Positions 35,881 to 44,580 of a stretch of 64,000 bases of DNA are shown one piece after another. The notes under the pieces are model-generated. The model was not told the origin of the DNA. It ran no database searches and was given only the letters and a program-made list of their open reading frames with translations. Source of the DNA: a virus (taxonomy: Duplodnaviria > Caudoviricetes). Location of the stretch: the IMG/VR virus record IMGVR_UViG_2767802109_000003, positions 1 to 64,000 of that record. The stretch is one strand, 5' to 3'. Every line of letters begins with the position of its first letter. Position 1 is the stretch's first letter. A program made the translations under genes and the position numbers.

Positions 35881-38076
35881 GTGGCCACCGAGACCGAGCC
35901 CGTCGAGCAGCAGATCCCGCCCATGCCGTCCGAGCCGCCCACCATCCCCCGCAAGGAGCGGATCAAGGCCGCGTTCGCCGTACAGCGCGCCCACGCCTCC
36001 GCCCGCACCAAGGACTGGCTCGCAGGCGGCGACCTCGACCACGTCGACATCATCCAAGCCGCCACCGAGCGGAAGAACCGCAAGCACGCCGAGAAGGTCG
36101 CCAACCAGCAGCGGATCGTCGCCGAAGCCCACGGCCGCCTCCACCACGCCAAGATGCAGGCCGAGAACGGGGAGACGGTCAGCGCCGCCACCCTGTCCAG
36201 CCTCGGAGGGCGCGCCGCCGCCGAAGAAGCCAAGCTGTCCGCGCTGCAGGCCACCATCGTGCTGCCGCCCACCGACCGCGAAATCAACAACGTGCGCAGC
36301 GGCAAGAAGGCCGGGCGCGCTGCGATCCTCGCCGGAGGCGGACTCGCCGCGGCGCCCGTTCTCGGCGCCACCATCGAGCAGGCCGCCACCGGTCAGCCCA
36401 TGCTCCTCGCCGCCCTCGGCACCGCCGCCGGCTACGGCTGGTATCTCGTGTCCCGCCCTTTCGTCGCCGGCCAGCCTGCACCTGCCCCGACCATGGGGGA
36501 GCAGCCGCTGGCCTCCGCGGTGGTCAACCTGGCGAAGGACGGGCTGCAGCCGGGGCAGCGTGAGTTCAACGCCCCGCCCCCGCCCGCTCTCACCGTCGAA
36601 CAGTTGGAGGACGCCCTCCGTGCAATCGGCGAGATCCGTGGCGAGGAGAAGATCCAGATCCTGGCTGTGCCGCAGAGGGAGAAGGACGGCAACACCACCG
36701 TCGTGTTCGACCTGCCGCCGCGGACGACCGTCGCCGAACTGAAGAAGAAGCTGCCCAAGCTCGCCGGGGCTCTCGGCCGGGACGTGTCCATGGTCGACGT
36801 GACCAAGGCCGGCACCGAGGCCCGCGCCTCCCTGTGGCTGACCGACCAGGACGCGTTCGAGAACACCCGGCCGTCGCCGCTCATCAAGGCCCCGACCCAG
36901 CTGGATGCGTGGAAGGACGGGGTGCCGGTCGCCTGGAACAAGCGGGGCGCCACCATCCGTCTCGCGATCAACAACCAGTCCTACGTCATCGCCGGCATGA
37001 CCCGCTCCGGCAAGGGCGTCGGCGCGTCCAACCTGGTCGTCGGCACCAGCTTCGACCCGCGGATCAACCTGCGGATCGTGGCAGGGAAGAACAACGGCGA
37101 GTGGGACCCCTACGCCAAGACGGGCGTCGCCTCCACCTACTTCAAGCCCAACCCCGAACGGCTCCTGGCCTTGCTGCGGGCGCTGCTCGCCGACAAGGAC
37201 CGGCGGGAGCGGGACCTGGGCGTACTGGGGAAGTCCAAGCTGGTCGGCCCGGTCATCGAACAGATCGGCGGCATAGAGCTGCTGGTCATCGACGAACTGG
37301 CCACCTACACCCGCCCCGGGAAGCCCCTGCGGGACGAGATCCTGGAAGCGCTGATCGAGCTGTCCGCCGTTGCGGCGGGCGCCGGAATCCTCATGGTGCT
37401 GATCACTCAGTACCCGGAGGCCGATGTCATCCCGCAGGCCCTCGCCATGAACTGCGGCGCCCGGTGGGCGATGCGCGTCGAGAACGCCACCCAGTCCAAC
37501 GCGATCCTCGGCGGCGGCCAGGCCAGCGCCGGGAGGGACGCGTCCAAGTTCGATCCGCCGCGGCCCGGCTTCGGCTGGCTCGTCAACCCGTTTGCCGGCG
37601 TCACCGACCTTGCCCGCTCTTTCGACCTGGACGAGGACGAGCGCGGCGAGATCACGATGCTACTGGAGAAGGCCGCGAAGATCCGCGAGGGTGCGGGGCG
37701 TCTGGCCGGGCAGTGGGACGACCCCATCGAGAAGCATCTCCTCAACGCCACCGGCCTGTCCTCCACGGCCGGCGGACCTAAGCGGGACGGCGTGCCGGGG
37801 CGGAACGTCCTGCAGTTGACGCCCGAGCAGCGTATGCAGATGGACGCCTGTCGGGGCTGCCTGATCGCCATGAACGACCTTGGCCGTGACGTGGCTCAGT
37901 TGGACGAGATGGCCGAGCTGATCGGTGAGTCGATGACGCCTGACCGGTTGGGTGAACTGCTGCGCGCGGCGGGCGCCGGTTCGACCGTGAAGGTCGTCAT
38001 CGAGGGCCGCGGCCGGGTGAACGGCTACCGCCGGGCGCCCATCGTCGACGCTCTCCAGTTCCTCGAAGGCGCCTAG
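35881..38076 (+). CDS. traB: TraB-like FtsK/SpoIIIE conjugative dsDNA translocase
   Basis: Two TM segments, Walker A AGMTRSGKG, Walker B LLVIDE, LITQYP, WAMRV, C-terminal winged-helix-like domain. Confidence 0.85.
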   Translation: MATETEPVEQQIPPMPSEPPTIPRKERIKAAFAVQRAHASARTKDWLAGGDLDHVDIIQAATERKNRKHAEKVANQQRIVAEAHGRLHHAKMQAENGETVSAATLSSLGGRAAAEEAKLSALQATIVLPPTDREINNVRSGKKAGRAAILAGGGLAAAPVLGATIEQAATGQPMLLAALGTAAGYGWYLVSRPFVAGQPAPAPTMGEQPLASAVVNLAKDGLQPGQREFNAPPPPALTVEQLEDALRAIGEIRGEEKIQILAVPQREKDGNTTVVFDLPPRTTVAELKKKLPKLAGALGRDVSMVDVTKAGTEARASLWLTDQDAFENTRPSPLIKAPTQLDAWKDGVPVAWNKRGATIRLAINNQSYVIAGMTRSGKGVGASNLVVGTSFDPRINLRIVAGKNNGEWDPYAKTGVASTYFKPNPERLLALLRALLADKDRRERDLGVLGKSKLVGPVIEQIGGIELLVIDELATYTRPGKPLRDEILEALIELSAVAAGAGILMVLITQYPEADVIPQALAMNCGARWAMRVENATQSNAILGGGQASAGRDASKFDPPRPGFGWLVNPFAGVTDLARSFDLDEDERGEITMLLEKAAKIREGAGRLAGQWDDPIEKHLLNATGLSSTAGGPKRDGVPGRNVLQLTPEQRMQMDACRGCLIAMNDLGRDVAQLDEMAELIGESMTPDRLGELLRAAGAGSTVKVVIEGRGRVNGYRRAPIVDALQFLEGA

Positions 38077-38257
38077 ACATCCTCGGACAGTGGGGTAGTT
38101 CATCCCGTTTAGTCCGCTGGTCAGCGCACGGACGGAGGGTGGGCCCGACCTAGGGACGGCCCACCCCGTGTCCGGCACCAATCCGACCCCCATACCTGCA
38201 CAAACAGTGCACCTGTCTGGGTGTAAACCACCACAAACCAGAAACGGAGACCATCCT

Positions 38258-38665
38258 ATGCCCAAGCAGTGGAGCGCCGGCCAGGCGAAGAAGTTCGCCC
38301 GCGAATTGAAGCTCGGACAGTCCTACTACGTCGTCTACGACATCAGCCGGCGGTGCGCCCCCTACGAGGACTCGCAGCTGTACGGGGAGTACCGGTTCAC
38401 GGACCGGCTGCCGTTCACCGGCAACCCGTGCACGGAGTCCGGGTACAGCGCGGTGACCCTGTGCCAGACCCGCGGCCCGGTCTACGACGCTCCGCCGCGC
38501 GGCATGCGGAACATCGCCGACCCGTCCCCTCAGGTTGCGGGCCCGCTGGGCTCCAACGACTACGAGGGGATCTTGGACGAGGACGAGTTGCGCGGCTTGG
38601 AGAAGCAGGCGGCTCAGGGCTCCAACCCGCGCACCCGGCGGCGGCTCGGCGGCTGGCGCGTCTGA
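38258..38665 (+). CDS. Hypothetical protein
   Basis: GGAGA RBS. Confidence 0.6.
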   Translation: MPKQWSAGQAKKFARELKLGQSYYVVYDISRRCAPYEDSQLYGEYRFTDRLPFTGNPCTESGYSAVTLCQTRGPVYDAPPRGMRNIADPSPQVAGPLGSNDYEGILDEDELRGLEKQAAQGSNPRTRRRLGGWRV

Positions 38666-38856
38666 TGATCACCGACCGGGAGTTGATCCGGGCGTTCGTG
38701 GCCGCACGCAGGCGCGGCGACACCGAGGCAGCCCGGGAAGCCGAGCGCATCGCCCGCCACCGGTTCATCGACGACCCACTGACCACCAACGCCTACCAGG
38801 CAATCGTCGACATCCAAGCCGCAGTGCCGCCAGGAACCCCGCGGCAAGACACCTGA
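38665..38856 (+). CDS. Small hypothetical protein
   Basis: TGATG coupling. Confidence 0.5.
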   Translation: MITDRELIRAFVAARRRGDTEAAREAERIARHRFIDDPLTTNAYQAIVDIQAAVPPGTPRQDT

Positions 38857-38876
38857 CCCAACCGAAGGAGATCACC

Positions 38877-39059
38877 GTGCAGTACACGCACCAGTCCGTG
38901 AAGGACTACATCGCGGCGAAGAAGCGCGGCGACCGTGCCACCACCGACCGGATCATCCGCGAGGTCACGGCCCGCTTCGACACCCGCACCACCGACGGCA
39001 GCGAGGCCGCCGAACTCCTCGACGCCACCATGACCGTCCGCTTCGGCGAGGGGGAGTGA
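38877..39059 (+). CDS. Small hypothetical protein
   Basis: AAGGAG RBS, GTG start. Confidence 0.55.
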   Translation: MQYTHQSVKDYIAAKKRGDRATTDRIIREVTARFDTRTTDGSEAAELLDATMTVRFGEGE

Positions 39060-39064
39060 CTGCG

Positions 39065-39250
39065 ATGCCGACCCGTGAAGCCCTGCTCGACGCCGCCGCT
39101 TCGGCGATGAGGCGAGGCCTGGAGTTGAACGCTCTGGGCGCTGACCCTTCACACCCGGACTACGCGAAGGTCATGCCCGCGCAGCATGCGGCAGCCGCAG
39201 CCGGTATCAGCCCGGCCGAAATCTGGCAGGCGGCCACCCAGCCGAAGTAG
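39065..39250 (+). CDS. Small hypothetical protein
   Basis: GGAG RBS. Confidence 0.5.
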   Translation: MPTREALLDAAASAMRRGLELNALGADPSHPDYAKVMPAQHAAAAAGISPAEIWQAATQPK

Positions 39251-39341
39251 CTCCGCCCGGGGCGCCCCTCGAATGCCTGGCAGCGACCAGGGGCGCCCCG
39301 GTCCCCACGCCCACCCGAAGATCGACGAGGAGAACCCCATC

Positions 39342-39845
39342 ATGCCCACGCTCGCCCACGCGCCCGCAAGTCCGCAGGCGCCGCCCGTCCTCGACCTGGA
39401 CGCCCGACTTGCCCTGGTCGACGCCGCAATGACGGTCCGCCTGGCCGAGGCCGCGGTCGCGTTCGAGGTGAATACGGCGCACCTGCCCGGCGCCGACCCG
39501 ATCCCGCACATCGCCGAGACGCCCCTGCCCGCACCGTCCCCGTACCGGACTCCGCTGGCCGACCTGCTGCACCGGGCCCGGCTGCGGATCGAGGCCGACG
39601 GCTGGTGCCGCGACGCGGTGTTCGACGAGTCGGGCGCCGTCTGCCCGATCCGGGCGATCCGGCTCGAAGCCCGCGGTGACCGGGGCCTCGCCCACGACGC
39701 CTGCGTCGCCCTCCTCGACGCCATCCAGCGGCAGTTCGCCGGCGCCGAGACGATCCCCAGCTGGAACGCCCAGCAGACCAGCGGCGGGCCCGTCCTCGCA
39801 GCATTCGACTGTGCCGCCAGCCGCGCCCACGCCCGCAACCAGTAG
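39342..39845 (+). CDS. DUF6197-like protein (second copy of the family)
   Basis: IEADGWCR..VCPIRAIR..TIPSWN pattern; family name from memory. Confidence 0.55.
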   Translation: MPTLAHAPASPQAPPVLDLDARLALVDAAMTVRLAEAAVAFEVNTAHLPGADPIPHIAETPLPAPSPYRTPLADLLHRARLRIEADGWCRDAVFDESGAVCPIRAIRLEARGDRGLAHDACVALLDAIQRQFAGAETIPSWNAQQTSGGPVLAAFDCAASRAHARNQ

Positions 39846-39855
39846 GAGAGACCCC

Positions 39856-40053
39856 ATGTCGAAGCCCACCCCGGAACAGATCCAGGAAGCAGGCCGCCAG
39901 TTGCAGCGCGGTGGATTCCTCGGCCGCGGCAGCCAGAAGAAGGCCGACCAGGTCATCGAGGAAGCCGTCGCCGCCGGCATGGACCGTCAGGCCGTCGCCA
40001 TGGCCATCCTTGGCGCCGCCGCCGACTACGAGCCCCGACGCTGGGCCAGGTAG
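39856..40053 (+). CDS. Small hypothetical protein, last gene of transfer operon
   Basis: AGGAGA RBS; followed by hairpin ~40084-40110. Confidence 0.55.
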   Translation: MSKPTPEQIQEAGRQLQRGGFLGRGSQKKADQVIEEAVAAGMDRQAVAMAILGAAADYEPRRWAR

Positions 40054-40067
40054 TAGACGCAGTCTGA

Positions 40068-40259
40068 TCAGCCCGACACGGCAGGGCCCCGACCGTCCGC
40101 GGCCGGGGCCTTCGCCGTGGGTACGGCTCGCGCCATCCACCGGCCGTCGGTCATATATCGGGGCATCATCACCGGCTGGAACCCGGCGTCGACCAGCCTG
40201 GCCAGGCCCTCGACGCACTCGTCCTCGTCGTCGGCCTGGACGCTCACCCGGATCGCCAT
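40068..40259 (-). CDS. Small hypothetical protein
   Basis: 63-aa ORF convergent on the transfer operon. Confidence 0.5.
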   Translation of the reverse strand: MAIRVSVQADDEDECVEGLARLVDAGFQPVMMPRYMTDGRWMARAVPTAKAPAADGRGPAVSG

Positions 40260-40394
40260 ACCGGCAGTCTGCCGCGTCCGTCACCCCGGTGACGGCGGAT
40301 CCGCCGATTCGGGTCACGGAACAGCGACTCCACCTTCACGCCGCCTCCACAAGCGGCCATCATGCATCCACGCACCAAGTTCCTGGGGGGAACC

Positions 40395-40949
40395 ATGAGC
40401 CAGCCCACACCACCCATGCCCGACTTCCCGCCCCCGCCGGCGCCGAAGAAGTCCCGCACCAACGCGATCATCATCGGGGTCGCCGTCGCCATCATCGCCG
40501 CGATCATCGGAACCGGTGTCGTCGTCGTGCAGAATCAAAACGACGACAGCAAGCCGGCTGCCACCGCCGAGACGAGTCAGCCGACCGACGATCTTGCCGC
40601 CCCGGCCGTCGAAGAGCCGGAAGACCCGGAGCCGACCTACCTCGCGCCAGACGCGGAGGACTTCACCGTCGAGCTGCGCACCACGCGGCGGAAGTGTTTC
40701 GGCTCTGCGGGCTGCAACGTGACTGTAGAGCCGAAGCTCGCCTACAACGGGCTCGCTGACGATTTGGACCCGGACGCCACCTTCGAGCTCACCTATGAGA
40801 TCCGCGGGGGCGGGGATGGGCCGGTAATTGAGACGGCCGAGTTGTCGGATCGGACGACGCTGAACTTCACACCGTCCCTGCTCACTGGTGTCCCATCGAG
40901 CGCAAAGCTGTCCGTAGAGATCACTGAGGTCGTGGAGCGCGCGTACTGA
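40395..40949 (+). CDS. Membrane-anchored extracytoplasmic protein
   Basis: Pro-rich N-terminus, one TM helix, acidic linker, KCFGSAGCNVT domain; followed by hairpin ~40968-40994. Confidence 0.7.
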   Translation: MSQPTPPMPDFPPPPAPKKSRTNAIIIGVAVAIIAAIIGTGVVVVQNQNDDSKPAATAETSQPTDDLAAPAVEEPEDPEPTYLAPDAEDFTVELRTTRRKCFGSAGCNVTVEPKLAYNGLADDLDPDATFELTYEIRGGGDGPVIETAELSDRTTLNFTPSLLTGVPSSAKLSVEITEVVERAY

Positions 40950-41008
40950 CAGGCACGGCAGCAGTGAGGCCCCGCCCGGATCCCGGGCGGGGCCTTCGTC
41001 GTGTGCGG

Positions 41009-41140
41009 CTACCGGCGCCGCCGCCACGCCCGCCACAGCCGATATGCCCGGTAGGCGAGCAGCGGCACCACCACGGCGGCGACCACGACACCCACCCACG
41101 GCGGTAGGGAGCCGGAGTCCGGCAGGTAGATCGCCGTCAC
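41009..41140 (-). CDS. 43-aa single-TM peptide with Arg-rich C-terminus
   Basis: MTAIYLPDSGSLPPWVGVVVAAVVVPLLAYRAYRLWRAWRRRR*, GTG start just after the 41159 gene. Confidence 0.4.
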   Translation of the reverse strand: MTAIYLPDSGSLPPWVGVVVAAVVVPLLAYRAYRLWRAWRRRR

Positions 41141-41158
41141 GGGCGTCGCCCCGCCAGT

Positions 41159-41455
41159 TCATGCATCCTGCGAATCCCCAGCCTGGGCCTTCTTGAGTCG
41201 TTCGGCGCGGTCGCGATATCGCTCGTCGGGTTCGATGCCCGCATCCCGGGCCATCTTGCGGACGTGCGCGCCGGTCCAGCCGGAGGCTTTGGCGACCTCG
41301 GTCGGCTTGAGGTGCCCTTCGCGGAGAGCGGCGAGGACGAGTTCGCGGAGGTCGTCGCTGGACTTCTTGAGGCGGTCGGCGTCGCGCTGTCGGCGGGCGC
41401 CGGCTGTGGCGATCTCTTCGAGGGTGGGTGGCTCGTCGGCGGGGGTCGGCGTCAT
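41159..41455 (-). CDS. Small HTH regulator
   Basis: LKPTEVAKASGWTGAHVRKMARDAG; divergent from 41586 operon. Confidence 0.7.
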   Translation of the reverse strand: MTPTPADEPPTLEEIATAGARRQRDADRLKKSSDDLRELVLAALREGHLKPTEVAKASGWTGAHVRKMARDAGIEPDERYRDRAERLKKAQAGDSQDA

Positions 41456-41468
41456 GGCATCAATCTAT

Positions 41469-41507
41469 CGCAAGGGACTTGCGGTGCCTATGCCTCATGG
41501 GTACTGT
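41469..41507 (+). promoter_or_regulatory. Putative promoter with palindromic operator over the -35
   Basis: CGCAAG-GGA-CTTGCG (41469-41483); TTGCGG-17 nt-TACTGT. Confidence 0.55.
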
Positions 41508-41585
41508 CTGAGGTGTCTCCAGCGCAACACATGATCGCTAGTGAGTTGCCAGACCTGATCCGTAAGTCGCACCAAGGGGGACCAG

Positions 41586-41981
41586 ATGAACGCCGCCGCC
41601 CAGATCCGCCGCACCCACGCCGCCGCCCAGCGAGTGACCAAAGCCCTCGCCTACCGGGCCCGCAGCGGAGCCGTCATCGTCGCCGTCGAGAACGGCCGCC
41701 TCGTCCGCACCGGCGACATCCTCAACCGGCTCGGCGCCGCCGACCTCAAGGACGGCTACCAGTCCTGGTACGGCCGGCACGTCAAGAAGGCCCACATCGC
41801 CGCCACCGGCAGCGAGCCCGTCCGCGTCTGGGTCCGCCACCGCACCACCGGCAAGTGGATCCACGTCCACGCCTACAGCCCCTTCGACATGGCGCTGTAC
41901 ATCGGCCTCGCCACCTACAAGCAGACAAAGCACCTGGTCCAGCCCAGCCTCTTCCAGGCCGCCTATGCGGAGGCCGCCTGA
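41586..41981 (+). CDS. Basic hypothetical protein
   Basis: AAGGGGG RBS. Confidence 0.65.
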   Translation: MNAAAQIRRTHAAAQRVTKALAYRARSGAVIVAVENGRLVRTGDILNRLGAADLKDGYQSWYGRHVKKAHIAATGSEPVRVWVRHRTTGKWIHVHAYSPFDMALYIGLATYKQTKHLVQPSLFQAAYAEAA

Positions 41982-42034
41982 TGCGCCGGCTGGAGTTCAA
42001 GCTCGCCGCCGCACGCCTCGCCCTCGCCGCCTAG
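41981..42034 (+). CDS. 17-aa peptide ending in LALAA
   Basis: MRRLEFKLAAARLALAA*, GGAGG RBS and TGATG coupling. Confidence 0.4.
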   Translation: MRRLEFKLAAARLALAA

Positions 42035-42043
42035 GAGCCCGCC

Positions 42044-42346
42044 ATGCTGAACCCTCTGATCGTCTGGGAGCCCGGAACCCTCGTCCGCTACCACGGCAGC
42101 ATCACCGAACTTCACGGCGAGTACCGGGCCTACCCGTGCACCTGCCTCCGCTGCGACGACCCGAACACCGGAAGCGTCCGCTTCGAACTCGTCGACCAGA
42201 CCGGCACCGTCGTGGCTTCCTGTATCCGGGCCCGTTCCATCACGCGGGTCAACGACGGTGACGCCGACACTGGCCACGACGACTGCATCGAACCGCACTA
42301 CGACTCGTCAGGCGAGTACGTCGACTGTGACGGCAGGCCGCTGTGA
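42044..42346 (+). CDS. Hypothetical protein
   Basis: AGGAG RBS. Confidence 0.6.
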   Translation: MLNPLIVWEPGTLVRYHGSITELHGEYRAYPCTCLRCDDPNTGSVRFELVDQTGTVVASCIRARSITRVNDGDADTGHDDCIEPHYDSSGEYVDCDGRPL

Positions 42347-42615
42347 TCGCCCGCCCGTCGTCCCCGGTTCCGGTGCCGGATGCGGTGGCCCTGCTGGCCG
42401 GCCGTCATCTTCCGGCCCGGGTCCAAGCGGCAGTGGCGGATGCCGCGGAGGCGGCCCGCCTGTACGCCGCCTGCCGCGGCCCCCAGTACACCGAAGCCCG
42501 GCAGCTCCTCGAAGCCCGACTGTGCCGAGCCAACAAGGTGCTGGCCGCGCACAATCCTGGGCTCACCGTGCGGTGGGCCAACATCCCAACCCTCATCACG
42601 AAGGAGGAGCGATGA
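42343..42615 (+). CDS. Hypothetical protein
   Basis: GTGA overlap. Confidence 0.55.
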   Translation: MIARPSSPVPVPDAVALLAGRHLPARVQAAVADAAEAARLYAACRGPQYTEARQLLEARLCRANKVLAAHNPGLTVRWANIPTLITKEER

Positions 42616-42782
42616 CCGCTCCCACCCAGCCGCGATTCGTCGTGGAGAAGCACGGGCCCGGCAGCTTCTACGTCTTCGACACGGCCAGCGGTCTGAGCCG
42701 CCACCCGTCCTTCACCCGCCGGGGCGCCCAGAAGATCGCCGACCGGAAGAACGCCGAACAGGCCACGAAGGAGCGCCCCTGA
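42612..42782 (+). CDS. Small hypothetical protein
   Basis: GGAGG RBS, ATGA overlap. Confidence 0.5.
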   Translation: MTAPTQPRFVVEKHGPGSFYVFDTASGLSRHPSFTRRGAQKIADRKNAEQATKERP

Positions 42783-42952
42783 TGGAGATCGTCAGCATCG
42801 ACAAGGACGGCAACGTCGTCGTCAAGATGAGCGCACGGGAGACGAAGGCCGTGTACGACGACCTCAACTACATCCCGTTCAACCACATCTCCCCGCCCGG
42901 CGCCAAGTTGTGGGCACTGCTGGAGACGATCGCCGGAAGGGAGACGCTGTGA
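42782..42952 (+). CDS. Small hypothetical protein
   Basis: TGATG coupling. Confidence 0.5.
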   Translation: MEIVSIDKDGNVVVKMSARETKAVYDDLNYIPFNHISPPGAKLWALLETIAGRETL

Positions 42953-43155
42953 CCGCGAAGCCACGTAAGCCGTGGCGGGTGATCCTCACCCAGGGCGGCA
43001 TCGAGTCCGCCCAGGTCGCCCACACCAGCGAAGCCAAGGCGTACCAGCACGTGCGGACCGCGCTCCAGGCCGGTGCCGACACGGCGTGGGAAGGCGGACG
43101 CTGGTGGCACTTCGAAACCGTCCACGCAGACGAGATCCCGCAGGAGCCGTCATGA
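42949..43155 (+). CDS. Small hypothetical protein
   Basis: GTGA overlap. Confidence 0.5.
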   Translation: MTAKPRKPWRVILTQGGIESAQVAHTSEAKAYQHVRTALQAGADTAWEGGRWWHFETVHADEIPQEPS

Positions 43156-43577
43156 CCGCAGACGGGGAACCGATGGACGTCGAACAGGCCGTCGCGAACC
43201 TCGACCGGGCAATGCACGACCCCGCCCGCCGCTCGGACGCTGTCGGAGATCTGTTCGCCGCCCTCGGAGCCGCAGCCCAGCAGGCGGCCGACCTGCGGCG
43301 CGCGGCTCGTGAACTCGCCCGCGAAGCCCGGCGCAACGACCCGATCACGCGCGCCAACCGGTCCGCCGGTGCCCGACGCGGATGGGAGAAGCGCCGGGTA
43401 CGCGCAGAGCGGGAACGGCTCCTCGACTCCATCGGCAACGAGGTCGCCCGGACCGGGCCCGTCTGTGACGAGATGAACCACAACTCCGTCGGCTCCGAAG
43501 TCTTCTGCCAGCTCGAGCCCGGCCACGAAGAAGACCACGACGACGACAACGGCACCACCTGGGAACGGGAGGACTGA
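43152..43577 (+). CDS. Hypothetical protein
   Basis: ATGA overlap. Confidence 0.55.
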   Translation: MTADGEPMDVEQAVANLDRAMHDPARRSDAVGDLFAALGAAAQQAADLRRAARELAREARRNDPITRANRSAGARRGWEKRRVRAERERLLDSIGNEVARTGPVCDEMNHNSVGSEVFCQLEPGHEEDHDDDNGTTWERED

Positions 43578-43579
43578 CC

Positions 43580-43711
43580 ATGCGCCACCCCATCCCTGCC
43601 CCGCCGCCCGGCCCGCTGGTCGAGCTGGGGACTCCCGCCGACTGGTGGGACGAAACCCCCGCCGAATGCGCCCGCTACGACCGCGCACATTTTGACCGAG
43701 ACGAGGACTGA
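43580..43711 (+). CDS. Small hypothetical protein
   Basis: GGAGG RBS, TGATG coupling to next gene. Confidence 0.4.
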   Translation: MRHPIPAPPPGPLVELGTPADWWDETPAECARYDRAHFDRDED

Positions 43712-43887
43712 TGAACGAGTACCCCTACCTGCCGCCCGCCTGCAAGCAGGACCGCTGCAACCACGAGGCCGGCCAGTGCCTCCGCTACCGGTCCCGCCGC
43801 TGCCTCTCAGGCGAATGCACCCACGCCGGCCAGAACCTCCTCTGCGCCGTCAACTACCCGACCCAGAGCACCGCGGCCAGCCGATGA
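43711..43887 (+). CDS. Small Cys/His-rich protein
   Basis: TGATG coupling; six Cys. Confidence 0.45.
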   Translation: MNEYPYLPPACKQDRCNHEAGQCLRYRSRRCLSGECTHAGQNLLCAVNYPTQSTAASR

Positions 43888-44048
43888 CCGTTCCGAACCC
43901 GATGGGCTGCGCCGCGTGCGGCATCGACCGCCGCGGCCACGGCCGCCAACACACCGAGCAGGCCGGCTGGCACGCCTGGACCGAGCCCACCCAGCAGCAG
44001 ATCAAGGACCGCGTGCTCGCCCGGCGAACCGAGAGGAAGCGCCCGTGA
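43884..44048 (+). CDS. Small hypothetical protein
   Basis: PNPMGCAACGIDRRGHGRQ..GWHAWTEP. Confidence 0.5.
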   Translation: MTVPNPMGCAACGIDRRGHGRQHTEQAGWHAWTEPTQQQIKDRVLARRTERKRP

Positions 44049-44338
44049 CCGGCCGCCTGTCCGCGAAGGCGGCCCGCGCCGTCCTGGATGCCGCCGAGAT
44101 CGTGAAGGCCCCCGACTGGCCGGAGACCCGACACTGGCATGTCGTCTCCGGCGGGCGGACGCTCGTCGTCATCGAACCGTCCTACGGCGGAACATCCCGC
44201 ACCGGACGTAACGGATGGAACTGGTGGCTCGCCGATGGGGCCCGCAGCCGGCACCAGCCCGAACCCGCCCGCGAGAAAGCCGCCCTCGCCGGGCTCGCCG
44301 CCTGGCAGCGATGGGCCACCAGCAAGGAGACGCCGTGA
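44045..44338 (+). CDS. Hypothetical protein
   Basis: GTGA overlap. Confidence 0.55.
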   Translation: MTGRLSAKAARAVLDAAEIVKAPDWPETRHWHVVSGGRTLVVIEPSYGGTSRTGRNGWNWWLADGARSRHQPEPAREKAALAGLAAWQRWATSKETP

Positions 44339-44580
44339 CCGTGGACACCGAACGGCAGGTGATGCAGCCCGTGTTCGAGATCGGCGGCCAGCAGTACTGC
44401 GCGGGGGACCAGGTGCGGTTCCCGCGCGCCGCCACCCGCAAGGACCGGGCCCGCATCTACGACATCACCGAAGCGGGTCCCGGCGGGATCACCGCCGAGG
44501 TCGACGGATGCCGGTACCAGCTCAGCCGGGGCGACATCGCCGCCATCGGCATCACGCACGCAGACGGGGAGAACCGATGA
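44335..44580 (+). CDS. Small hypothetical protein
   Basis: GTGA overlap. Confidence 0.55.
   Translation: MTVDTERQVMQPVFEIGGQQYCAGDQVRFPRAATRKDRARIYDITEAGPGGITAEVDGCRYQLSRGDIAAIGITHADGENR

Larger units (their letters stand above)
27581..40053. mobile_element. Plasmid/AICE-like replication-regulation-transfer module embedded in the prophage (no integrase of its own)
   Basis: Rep-like gene, KorSA-like GntR, divergent operon of small genes, membrane proteins and TraB-like FtsK ATPase; boundaries approximate. Confidence 0.75.

Noticed and set aside
42949-43155. Possible short internal deletion (GADTA-WEGGRWW)
   Set aside because: Based only on recollection of similar proteins; cannot be supported without an alignment
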